A DNA stretch of 64,000 bases from Paraspadella gotoi (Eukaryota; Animalia; Chaetognatha): positions 12,558,497 to 12,622,496 of the forward strand of contig CM119270.1 of the NCBI GenBank assembly GCA_051294375.1, in the 5' to 3' direction. Made by a program: the position numbers and the translations under genes. Below are positions 26,631-39,296 of the stretch, one piece after another. The notes below the pieces were generated by a model. It searched no databases. It was not told where the DNA came from and was given only the letters and a program-made list of their open reading frames with translations. Position 1 is the stretch's first letter, and each line of letters starts with the position of its first letter.

Positions 26631-26800
26631 GACATCAGGGTGATAGTTATTGCTACATCCGGGTGTTAGTCAAGCTACATCCGGGTGTTAGTCATGGCTA
26701 CGTTCGGATAAAAGTCATGGCTACATCCGGTTATAATCAAGCAACATCCGGGTAATAGTCATGGCTACATCCGGGTGAAAGTCATGGCTACATCCGGTTC
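26631..26800. repeat. ~22-23-bp minisatellite, about 7 copies (gtcatggctacatccgggtgtta)
   Basis: Recurrent gctacatccgg core; lies in an SLCO intron. Confidence 0.85.
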
Positions 26801-27761
26801 GGAGATAGGTTTTTTTTTTTTTTTTGGCATTCTGCGCGCGCAAAACGAGTTTGCGCAACTCGAATATAATCCCGATCGTGCTTCTGTCTCTCTCTCTCTC
26901 TCTCTCTCTCTGCTCTGACACAGGGTGAGGGTGAGGTTTCCTCTCGCTCTCAATCAGCGGATATATCGCGAGAGCTCGCTAACGCCCTACTTGTTCCAGT
27001 TTCCNNNNNNNNNNNNNNNNNNNNNNNNNCCAGTCGGGTCCGTTGTCGCCTTCTTTTCGTCTCTTTTATTAAATGTCTAAGCTCGATCGCTTCATTGTCG
27101 TTGGTTCTCTCTGTTCTCTCTATCTCTCTCTCTCTGGTATGTTTCTCTCTCTCTGCTCGTCTCTCTCTCTGTGCTCGTCTCTCTCTCTTCTCGTCTCTCT
27201 TGACTGCGCCCGTAGTTGAATGATTAGTGAGTAATCTAGTTTTCACTTTCAGCTCTTTTACAATGTGCGCGCGCTTCTCTGAATCCTTGACAGCTGGTTT
27301 TCGCCATCAATTTTCCACGCCATTGAGGCAATCACACACTGACATTTTGCCACACTTTCTTTTTTCAACGGTCCAGCCCGACTAACCTAAGATCCTTCTT
27401 GCCAGGCTTTTCACAGTTCAACAGTAGTGAACAGTCTCCGCCACATCTCTGATGCGACTGGGCGCCACGGCTCCCCTTAAGTATGCATTCACCACCTGTG
27501 ACTCGCTCAAGCAGTTCACTGCATTTTCAAAATCGCCGCCTCACGTCCTCTCCTGCGACCAGCGCCTCCCTCCTCCCCAATTTCTTAGTCGGACTGGCCA
27601 AAACGGGCATGCATGGGCATGGCAATAATGCCCCAGTCTTTTCGCTTCGTCAGTATTCTCTACTCACGTCCTCTCTCTCATCTCTCCTCTCTCTCTCTCG
27701 GGCTCTCTCGGCTCCGCCCCCGCTTCAGCTTTTCTCCTTCTCCGCCGCCTCTCCCTCTCAC

Positions 27762-28402
27762 TTTGCAGTGGGCGTTGCCAGGGTGAATCGAGTGCGCGCG
27801 TCGTCAGGATTGGTTCGATTGCGCTTTTGTTGGAGTAGAAGTTAAAGCCGACCCATATCGAAACTGAACGTCAAGAAATGTTTTTTGTTAATCGAAACTT
27901 AATGATTAACCTTATATCGACATTTCTCTTTTTTTATTTTTTTCTTTTTTTTTTATATCGTGAAGTGAGTAATCTTTGTCTGAAACAGAAAGAAATTGTG
28001 TTTTTCTTTCTTTTATTTTTTTTTTCATCGGAACTGTCAACTTCTTTTTTTTCGTCGCCTTTTTTTTCTCTTTTTTATTTTGTTCAAATCTGCAGACGTT
28101 CCCACATATTTACAAAGCAAAGTAGTATCAATATAGTTCAACCAGAACAAGAATATGCCGCTTACATCCTCTTCAAACTCCGAAAACCGATTATGTTTTT
28201 TGTTTCACTCTCCCCAAGCCGTCAATAGGGGGGGGGAGGTCAACTGTTTACCCATGGACTCCGGACCGACATCAAAAAACAAATGGCCACGAATACTGAA
28301 CCACCTGCGAAAAGCCAGAACGAAGTAGGTTTGACCTGCGAGAAAATGAAAGTGAGAGAGAAGAGAGAGAGAGGGCACCGAGAGAGTAGAGAGAGAGAGA
28401 GA

Positions 28403-28450
<48 letters not shown>

Positions 28451-29048
28451 GGAGTGAGAGAGAGGAGAGGAGGAGAGACGAAAAAAAAAGGATTGGATCC
28501 TATTCAATATTCCAAGATTCCGATTCCCGCATTTAAGCGAAGACGTCGAAAGCGTTTTTTGACAGAAGGAAGACAGACAACGAAAAAAAACAAGAATGAC
28601 AGACAGAAAAGATCGAATGAAAATTGGACAGAAAAGATCAACCGCCGAAGCACACGTCTTAAAGCTGCTGAAAAATAAATGTTTTTTTTTTTTCGATAAA
28701 GAAATTATTCATGGGGTCAAAGACAGAAGTAGTTTTTTCTAACAAAAATTATGTTCAGTTCAACAAAACTTAACCTCTGGTCCGAAGACCAAATTTGCGG
28801 GTGAGGAAACCGGCGAAGACTACCCGATCGCGGCGGCGGGCAGACGATGACGCCGATCATGATGCTGGCGTCGCTGCGCGTCCACAGATGAAGAGAGTCG
28901 AAGCAATACGCCATCTACTTTATATTGTATTATTTTTTACATTGTTTACGTAGAATTATTTGAGCGCCATTCTGTCACAGTCGATCAATGTCGGTCTGAA
29001 CTAATTTCACTGACTGATGACTGTCTCTCTCTCTCTCACTCACAAGTA

Positions 29049-29087
<39 letters not shown>

Positions 29088-32000
29088 CGTCTCTCTCTCT
29101 CCTCTGCTCTCTCTCTCTCTTCGCTCTCTCCTCTCCTCTCTCTCCAATTTCCCCGACTGATATCCTCGATGTACTTGGGACCGAAGACCAAAAAAGCCGT
29201 GAAAGTGTAAAGTCTCCATGACGTGAAAGGTGGGCTGAAGAGCGATCCAGCGCGGGCGACGAAAAACGGAGAAGAAGGAATTGCAAGAATCTTGTAGATC
29301 CGGAGACGCCCACGTAGTGCCGTCGCTAACTGGATCGAGGGGCGGGGTGTCTGGGGCGGAGTAGAAAGAGAAATCAAGGCGGAGGCAGGATGATCGTAGG
29401 TGACGGAAGAGTGAACTGCGGATTTAAATTCGAACTGGTGGGTGGAGTTGTATCACATCTTTTAAGGTAAAAATCTTGATCGAAACACATGAAATCGGAA
29501 GCGGTAAAAATGTAAGAATTTTGAATTATCAAGCAGGTAAGCAAATCAGAAAATGTCGTCCTGATGGCATGAAAGGCGAGTCGGGCGAAGCGTGCCAACG
29601 AAGACAATATTTAAAGATTAAGAGTCGGAACTTTGACGCGAAACTAATTACATTTGTCGGCGAGGTCGAACCGCGCGACGAAGAAATGGAATCGAAATGA
29701 ACAAAGAGAAACTGCGGAGTGGGAGGTGGAAACTGAAAAAAAAAAAGGACATTTGGAAAGTGAAGATTGGCGCGTGGGCGCGTGGGCGATAGGAAAGAGA
29801 AGAGGGAAAGGAAAGGCAGAACCGGGGAAAGGCGGAAAGCCGTCAACGCTTTTCTTGAACTTCAATTTCAAAAACACCGAGTTTCCTTCCACCACGCTCT
29901 CTCTCCTTCTCTCTCTCTCTCGGTCCTCTTCCTCTTTTCTCTCTCTCTCTCTCTCTCTCTCGGCTCTCTCTCTCTCTCTAGTTCTCTCTCTCTCTTTCTC
30001 TCTTCTCTCTCTCCTCTCTTTCACCGTAGAATCCGATCGCCCGCGACGGTTGTCAAAACTCTCTTCTTGTTTCCCTCCTTTCCTTTTCCTCTTTTTCTCC
30101 TTTTTTCTTTCCTTTTTATTTCCTCCACTATGCCTTCTGGTTTGTTTGTTATTTCGGCGACGTACTTTTCCTCCGTTTCATTGTTCCAATTAGCGCCCAG
30201 ATCCGAGGATCGCTCCGGCCCTCGTGCCAACGTCTGCTCATGGCGGATTCTCTCTCTTGCTACGGCTCTTCGCTCCCAGCGTTGAATCCGACGACTGAGA
30301 GGAGTGCCGCCGTCGCTCCACTCAGCTCCGGCAGCCGAGCGGGAATCGTGAGAGGTTTGGGGGATGTCCGAGGAGAAGCCTGAGGCGCCTTCTCGAGAAC
30401 CTGATCTCGCTTCCCGGTGAGATCTAAGCGTCTTTCTCTTTTAACCCTGAACTGTTGAACTTTGGTGAGAGTTTTCGATTCTTCGTCAAGATTTTCGTGA
30501 TGCTCTCATTGGCTCTGGTCTTTTTTTCGTCTGGGCAACTGAAGTAAAATGACGAAATTCACAATCCAAGGATAAAATGGCTAGCGCAAAAGCTTTGTCA
30601 AACATTGTCTTCGATTACATCTAAAATTCCAAATATTACTTTTTGGGAAATCGACGCCATAAGCAATCCTCCATCCTACCAACGCCAGGCGCCCTGAAAT
30701 AGGAATTTCGCCAATTTTCTGAACAGACTGAAAACACTGAGAGAGTGACCGACTAAGGACACTGACCGATATAAAGCCGCCGGCACCACCCGGGGCCCGA
30801 TGCGCGCATCTGCGGAAAAGGCGAGGAAAGTTCAATTTTTTTTCCTTCTTTTTTTTTATTTAATTTTTTTTTTAAAAGTTCAAGTCTCTTCGCCCCTGAA
30901 ACTGATGATGAGAAAGCGGGCGAGCCAACGACGACGACAACGACGACGACGGGATGCAACTGCACGATGTTTTCCGGATAAGAGAGGAACAAGGCGGGCC
31001 AAAAGAAATCCAGCATCGGCCCTTGGAAAAGCTAAATGGAGGTGAGGCGCGCGCGCGAATATTGGCCGTTCGAGGAGAAAAGAAATTGAGTGATGGGATA
31101 TCAAGTTTCGGGGAATGAAGGGGAAAGGAAATGGAAGGGGGGGGAAAAAGGGGGGAAAAGGGAGTGGAAAAAGGGAAAAGGGTAGAGGGGGAAAGGGGAG
31201 AAAATAGACGAACAGAATGGGACGGAAAGGGCAGGGGGGAATGGGGCATAGAATAAGAGGAAACAGAATAGGAAAGTAGAATATGGATATAATTACTAAA
31301 TAGGGAACGGAAGGAAGAAAAAGTACATCGGAAGTGGGCGGGGTTACTGAAGCACTATAAAAGTAAAAGCGTCATAAAACGCATCGTAAATAATTTCTCG
31401 CATAATTTTAGACACTACTTATAATGATTATACGGGATTCAAAAACAATACAAGAATCGTCAAGTCTAGAAAACCCCGATTTCGCGCCAGACGACGCGTA
31501 GATTCCAAATACAGAGTCCGTGATTTGTGGGAAGGGGCGTTTTGGTCGGAATGAAACTCGACCGAGGGTGTGAAACATCCGCTCGCGCCGGCGCCGAACA
31601 AGAAAGTTACTGATGTTATTATTGATTAATTAATTAATTTCTTAATACATTTTTCTTTTTTCCCTATTCATTCGTAGATTTAAATTAACGTTATAGATCG
31701 AAATAGTTTAATTGTTTTGTTTGTTCCCGTTGTTCGGGTGTCTTTACGGCTCTAACTCATAACCCTCAAAGCGAAGAGAAAGAAACAGGAAACATTCTTG
31801 CTTTCGGATTTTTTGTTGCCCTCACGATTGGTGCAAGTGTTGCTTTTCGTCGTCGTCGCGTTCGGTCGACGTCGCGTTTTGACGGCAGTTGTTAGGGCGG
31901 CGTCGTCGTCGTCGTCGTCGTCTTAGTCGCGTTTATCGTCGTCGTTCTTCCACCGTTTTAAATCCTCCTCAGTCCTGCAAGAGAAGAAAGAAAGAAAAAA

Positions 32001-34852
32001 AAAAGAAGAATTGGAGAGACCTGGTCGGTCGCAGCGGCGCTAATGAAGCTTAAAAATTAAATCGATTTCGATCTTAAAAATACATTAATTACGACAGTTT
32101 TTTCTTTTTATACACGTTCCGCTGTAAACAAAGGAAACATTAAAAGGACTGGTTACGTTTTTTTTTCTTCATCGATTTTCCGTCGAAAAACGGAGGATAA
32201 TGTATGCGTAGCAAAAAGGGGCCTCAGACTCGTAGGCCAGGACGATCCCGGTGGCAAATGTCACGGGTAACATCAAAGGGCCCCCCGTGGCACGAATCGG
32301 GTGAGGTCATTCGTCCCGTCCCGGCGAAGTTCGATATCCCCACGGCCTCTTATTCGGACTGAGAATCGACCCTTTCGTGCCCACGAAGAGGTCGCGAACG
32401 GAAAGGTCATGAACCCCGTTCTCACGCGATCCACTAGATTCCGGAGGTTGGCAATGAACCCGGACGACCCGTTGGTTCGGGGACGGTCGACGAGAAGAGG
32501 AAGAAGAGGAAGAAGAAGAGAGGAAGGGGCCATGAGTGAGGCATGCGTAGAGAATGGGATGCGGGTGAAAGAAAAAAAACGAGATACAAACAAAACAGTT
32601 CGCTTGGAAGGAGCTGTTTGGGTTTCAAAAAGCTTCCTTCCGTTTTTTCTCCGCCTTTTTTTTTGGAATTATTTCGATGCAACTGAACTCACAACAGACT
32701 CTCAACAGACTTTCTAAAATAGAAGAATGGTTTTTGGTTTCTAACCAGATTCCGCTTATCTCAGATGCTTCATTCACTCACGCCGACTCCATCTCACACA
32801 AATTTCTCATTCCTCCTCCTTTGACTTACCTTTCTATCTTTATTTTTCTAAATCTTGCCTCGCACAATTTAAGTGAAAAAAAAAAACACATCAATAGTCT
32901 CCCTCATTTTCCCTGCGCATCGTAACGCTTACCCCATACTTCCCTACTACCTTTCGGCCTCACCCTTTCTTTTTCCACCAAATATCCCCCAAGCCTCACA
33001 ACCGCAACAACGACACGACGCTGCAGGCGACAGATCCACTTGGGCTTTCCGCGTTCCGCCGAAGAAGGAGACGAGAAGGACGCAACAACGATGGTGGAGA
33101 CTTCGTAGCAGGCGAGATGTTCGGCATCTGGGCGATGGGGAAAATCCGGCCGGTTTAACGAGACGAAACGGGGAAAAATAACGAGAGAATTAATCATTTC
33201 CGGCTTTAATTGAGAGTGAAAAAGAAACTATCGGCCATTCAATGATGACGACCGAAGTTAAAATAGTCATTCAACTTTGACCTTTAAGGGGATTAATTTA
33301 AGTATATTTTTATCAACATAAAAAGAGTAAAAATTCAGAACGGTACAAATTCAGAAACTGGTACAATTTCAATGTCAAGGTAAACGTCGCGCAAAATCAT
33401 GAACGCTCAAACAAATGACGAGATCAATTTAAAAACCACTTTTTTATCAAGCTAACAATTTATCAGCAAAGGATAGAAAAACTTATAAAAAGATTCTACG
33501 ATGATTGAACGAACTAAAAACTTCGACCAAACTTACTTCCCCGATCTATATATAAGAATAAATTAATGAAAGAAGTGCAATTGTACTCGTCGGAGCCCAC
33601 AAACCTTCCTGGAGGTGAACTGGTTTAATTTTCGTTCCAACGTCAGAAAAGGACCGAACGGGCATGTAGCCCTGCCGTCTAGGTTCAGTGACGGTCTGTT
33701 TCCGCAAAACGAGAGAGAGGACCTGCAGGTGAGCAAGGTTTTTTCAACGACCTCAATGTTGATGTAAAATCCCGAGATTGTCTCTTGTCTCAATCTGGGG
33801 TGGGGGCGGAGGGAGAAAGCAAGAGCAGAAGACGAGGAGAGAAGAGAGAGAATAGTGAGAAGAGGGGGTCTGAGAAGAAGACGGAGATGATGAAAGGGAG
33901 TAGGGGGTCACGCAATACGGCATCTACGGTCACAATCTCCTTTGTGGTGTAGTGAATAGAGAGATCGTGTAAGTATATCATATAAATTAGCAGAGATGAG
34001 AGTAGAGCCACGAGAGACGAGTAGCAGAGAGAGTGTTAGTAGAGAGGAGCAGTACGATGAGCGAGGAGAGTAAGAATGATGACTGTTGCCGTATGAGACG
34101 TAGTTATGAGAGATCACGTGGATACTAGTAGAAATCGAGACCATGATGGACGCACAGCGAATAGTCTACCTCAATTATGCGGTCTTCAGGGACAATTATG
34201 TTATTATCTGGCACATATGAATACGATTCAGAAAAAGGAAAATATTCTATGACCGGTTTAACCATGATTGACTCTGTCTGTGTACTGTTTTGTTGTTGTT
34301 TCGTTCGAGTTTGTTCAGAGATTTTTTGGTTGAGGTCTTGGTCGGGGTCCACTACAATTCCGCGGTTCTGCTTGTTCTCGTCGTATTCACAGCTTGCCGG
34401 ATTCGGCCCGTCTCCGCGACTTGCTTTTTAAAGGATATACAGCCGCGCATTCTCGATGGTCACTTATTCTGCGATTATTTTACGAGCTCTGCTTTGGTCA
34501 GTTCTGACTACTAATTTTGAAACGCACGCATCAGTTGTAGAGGCGGGTCGTCGTCGCACCAAGTTATATCTTGTTTTTAGGGTCACGGAGGACTCCGGAA
34601 CGAATCTTGAAGGTCAGCATTACACAAGCGTCACAATTCTGTCGGGGGATTTATATCGTCATATTCACTCATTTTCGGCTCGCCAACAGTCGGATTATGT
34701 TGAGCCGTATCATGTGTCACTTTAGTCGGCCGACGTCGGCCAGACTTATTCGTTCGTCTTCCGTCCTTCTCTGGGGTCGTTTCTTGGGCTATTCTTTTAA
34801 AAATCCGGCAGACGTCGTGGTGGCAACGAATGTTGTATTTGTTGTTCCCCAT
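27762..34852 (-). CDS. SLCO: Second, noisier copy (A) of the same SLCO 5' exons; many frameshifts (sequencing error or pseudogene)
   Basis: Same exons as copy B at an offset of about -16.5 to -17 kb, e.g. FGPKYIE near 29165-29195, ASIMIGVIVCP near 28835-28875, ARIG..WW near 30770-30810, VSFFGGTR near 33050-33080; many 1-nt indels. Confidence 0.8.
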
Positions 34853-36989
34853 CTTAACTCTAAAGCGTGGATATATTGGAATAATTATTATCAGTTATTT
34901 ATCACCTTATTCAGAAAAGCTGTTTGCCATTCCCAATGTATGAGGTTAAAATAATGTTTCATTTTCTCGTTTAGGCCAGATGGTACCGTGGTATTCAAAG
35001 TGAAAGTGGATCGGGAAACAAAGCAAAGGCTTTAAATTTTTACCCTTTATAATTTCGAATCACGACGATTTATCTTCTGGTACTCTAACGTATTTTTGGC
35101 TTTTGGGTATTTCAATAAATACATACTAGATAAATACAATAAAAAAATAAACAGAATACCGGTACGGAGCTATTTCGCTCCTAAGCCGGCTTTTTTAGTT
35201 TAAAATTATTTTGAGGAATTTCAAATAATAAGACTCTGTGCGAATCCGAAATCGCCTCCCGTCAAGCTTTGGCGAAAATGAGCTCGTCCCATTGACTTGG
35301 GAGTGAGTAAGTGCCGTGTTCCCAATCTCCTCGCGTCATTCCGGTTAAGTGTGATGGTGTCGACATAAACACGCCAGTGATAAGGGTGATCATTGCCGGA
35401 CAAAGCCCAGTCGCCAGATGTCTTGGAGATGCCTCTCACCATGGGTATCACACATGTCCTCCCGTTTGCCATAACTCATTATATTGCTAAAGAATTCCGA
35501 TCTTTTACATTTCGTTTATATGTGAAGATCGTGTTTGTTATTAAATAAAAAAATAAAATTAACAGGTTAATTTTCTTCCTCTCTTTTTCCCTCTCTCTCT
35601 TCTCTCTCTCTCGTTAATCATCTCTCTCTCTCTCTTCTCAAGCAAGCACTATCGCTTAATATTAGCCTATCAATGTGTTGCATCTCCAAACGATAGGACT
35701 AAATAGACTTTTCCGGGTTTTCCGGTCGCACATTATAATTCGAATCAGTCAGCTTTTACATTTTAGCGCAGTTTTTTTACCAGCTAATGTCCTTCACCAA
35801 ATTTGCTTTCATGCTTTTAACTGAAATACTCTTTAAATGCTAATTTAAGGTATTTTTTACTTTTTTATAAAAAATTCGTACGGGCCAAACATCAGACGCT
35901 CGTCCGCGTTAGCATGAGATAAGCGACAATTCTCACAATTATTTTTTGTTAAATAATATAAATAGAATAAATAATATACGGAGAGATTATATATATGTGA
36001 AAATCCTTCGATTTCACGCTAGGCAAAATCTGGCGTTCAAGGCGTCGCTCGTCGTTGCAAGTTTGACGAGGTAAAACACGAAGAAAATAGTTTTACAAAC
36101 AATTATCTGTCACATAAATACCGTAAAACTCACGTGAGGACGTCTTACAGGAAAGTCAAAAAAAAACTAAGGTTGTCACAGAAGTCTCCCCAAATTTTGG
36201 GCGAGACAGACAGATCAGACCATAAAGATATTGACGTATCAAGAGAGAGGGAAGGCGAGACATAATATTTATCAATAATATGGAAATGAGGTTGATTAAA
36301 ACATTGTCCGGATATTATTTACCTGTTATTTTATTGTGAATTAAGTTTTAAAAATTATCATATATTTTTAATAGTATTTAATAATTTATTTTTATTACAA
36401 TTTTTATATATTTTTTTAAAATTATATTTAAGTTCTAAAAAGATAGAACTGGGCCTTTTGAGAATATATTTTATCTATATCTTTAATGAAAAATATGATT
36501 GAAAGAATTTGTTATCTCGCGTCGGGCTGTCTTTTTTAGTCATTTGAGCCGGTTTATCTTATCCTTTTCACCGTTCTAAATTCGCTTTCTCGGGCTTCTT
36601 TCGGCCGTATAAACCTCGTCACTTGTTATTCCGAAACGGCGTTACTTGAATCGTGCACGGTGTGCCATCCGTTATTTGATACTGTCCATATGTTGAACAC
36701 GATCATTTTGGAACGTTACCATTTTTATTTAGTTGGGGTTTCAGCAAAGTAAGTTAAGCATCCAGCAGTTTCGTAAACCGTTTCTCCCAAGACTTCAAAC
36801 TCTCTCTTTCTCTCTCTCTCTTGTATGAAATTGGTACATATATATATATATTAGGCCGGAACAGGTTGAAAACTAGAAGTTCTCTCAAATAATAATGGTT
36901 AAGTGAACTGTTAGAGAATATGAAAATGAATATAATTTTTAATATTTCTATCTATCATATTATTCCTTTCTTTTTCGTTGTATTTAATT

Positions 36990-37172
36990 ATTTAGAGAAA
37001 ACGAAGTTTTGTTTGTTGTAAACAACGATTTTTATTCACAATTGGACATGTTTCGGCTCTCGCCTTGAAGCTTCATCAGCGTTTAGGCAAGCCTTAGGCA
37101 AGAGCCGAAACATGTCCCAATTGTGAAGAAAAATGTTGGTTTACAAACAAACAAACTTTGTTTCTCTAAATA
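36990..37172. mobile_element. Penelope-like retroelement remnant: inverted repeat with a minimal hammerhead-like core
   Basis: Arms ~36990-37060 and 37101-37172. The minus strand reads CTGATGA-agcttcaaggcgagagcc-GAAA-CATG-TC, then AATAAA. The segment ~36948-37175 is absent from copy B (~53262). Confidence 0.6.
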
Positions 37173-37791
37173 TTTATCTTATTAATTTAGCGCTCGAAGC
37201 ATTTAAAATTGATTTAGTAATATAAGGAAAAAATGATTTTTTTTTTAGAGAAAAATAGAAGTATAAAAAGTGTTCCATTTTGGCCCGCCTAATATATAAG
37301 TCAGGCCGATGGTTCTGTTAGATTGATCTGCGAGTCCCTCTGTTTTTTTTTGCGAGTTTTTTCGTAACATAAGTATTGGTTCAAATTTTAACCACGTAAA
37401 ATTAGTTTATCATTGATTATTACAATTAACCAATACATATCTACGATATGTATATATAGAAAAAGTTTGAAATGAATTCGACAACGATTTATTTGAACAA
37501 AATAATAACGTTGAAGAGCTTGAAGAGCCGAAACATATCCTGATTAAATTGTTTCAAACTAAATCGTTGTCGAATCTCATTTCAAATTTCTCTAAACCTC
37601 AACCACAACGAAACAAAAGGATTATATATGTCTGATAATTTTGTATAAAAACCACTTATGCGGAAAAAAAAAAACTATTTTTTAAATTTTTTTTCGGGTT
37701 TAGAAAAAAAAATTTAAAGAATATTTACGTATTTGATATTATTTTACAATATTACAAAGTCAATAACTCGACCCTAAAGGAAAACGTACAA

Positions 37792-38034
37792 TGGCGCCGC
37801 AAAGAAGAATTTTTGACGCTGCTCTTGTCTCGCTACTTGCCTTTGGGCTGAGAGTCTCAAATGCTGGGACAAAGTTTTAAGGAACTAAAACATTGCTCAG
37901 TAAAGGATTGTTAAAATAAAAGATAGAAAAAAATTAGGGAAAGAAAATCTAGATTTGTTTTTTCAGACTTCGGGCATGGGAGAGGGGTCGATACGAACAA
38001 CCTGCCTCAACATATACATGTCCGAGTCAAAAGG
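37792..38034 (+). pseudogene. Duplicate of Ly6 gene exons 1-2 (copy A), not followed by exons 3-4 within copy A
   Basis: atggcgccgcaaagaagaatt.. and ttttcag|acttcgggcatgg.. repeat 53878-54117 with indels; the copy breaks off at ~39296, inside intron 2. Confidence 0.75.
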
Positions 38035-39296
38035 TAATGCGAATTTTTCTCGAGACTCTTGACGAAACCCAACTAAGCTGGTAAAATTCTTTCCAAAAAA
38101 ATATTCGATATTCAAAGGAGGAAAGTCGACTCTAGTATTGTGCCCAGTGCATGGTGACAATTTTACAGCGCCGTACAATAACGCTACCTGTCTTTGGCAA
38201 AGCATGAAGATTTTCAATGTTAATATGAAATAGAAAGTAAAAACCAAAACTATTTTATATGCAAAATCTTATCAGAATCGACTTTGAAATGCCTCAGCAA
38301 TGATAGACTGGATTTGAAAATTTCTGTCTCTTTTTTTGATTTTTTAAACTCACTTTATTATTCGATTTTTTCTCTTACTTTCAGTAAGTTTTTCTGAATA
38401 AAATTTGAAATAGAAAAATAAATAAAAATATTATCTCAGTAAGCCCTTTCAAATCTAAACCGATATGAGTACTTACGAATAGTTGTAGTATAAAAATTTA
38501 ACCGGCCCAGCCTTATAATATTAATTAATTTTCAAAAAATCAATTAACTGGAGGGTAAATTTAATATTTTTATCAAATTGTGATGGGCTATCTTAAATAT
38601 TTTTTCTCAGGCACTTTCATGATACTTATATAAAATATAAATATTTTTATGAAATTGGTACAACCAATATAAAAAAAATTATCCATATTTAACAAACACG
38701 CCTCTGCCTACTTTAGGACAGGCTTTCTGTGGTTTAAAGCCTCCATCACTCTTACCAAGATATTACATTAGCAGGTGCCTGCAAGCTTTCAATCAAGATT
38801 CTCTCGCCAGTCCCGTTTATTCATTTTTCCAGATACCTGGGCTTCCCTATCAATGAGGTGGAAAATATTTTCAAGAAATGTTTCAATCTGTATGAAAGAC
38901 ACTTCCTTAAGTATTAGATCGGGAATACTATTGTACTCCGCACTAGCATCAAAATACAAGGAGCTGAATTTTATTGAAATGGTACATATCAATATAAAAA
39001 TTATTAATTCATTTAATAAATAAAAGCTACCCTCTGACCTGAAGTACGACAGACTTTAGGTGGTTAAGCGCCTCCATCCTCCGTACAAGGAAAAAATAAT
39101 TACATAGCAGGTCCCTGCAAGCTTTCAATCAAGACTCTCTCGTACAATCCCGTTATTCACTCCCAGAGTACCTGGCTTCCCTAATAATTTAAATAGTCAA
39201 CTTATATTTTACAAAAAGATTTTAAAATTTTAGATAATTCACTTTGACTCTCATAATTGACACCATGGCTGTGCAGCTTAATTTTTTATGTTGTAG

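Larger units (their letters stand above)
27205..39296 (+). repeat. Direct duplication, copy A (partner ~44032-55345)
   Basis: Starts ..ttagtgag..ctagttttcactttcagctcttt in both copies and ends ccatggctg.gcagcttaatttttatg in both; collinear throughout. Confidence 0.95.
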
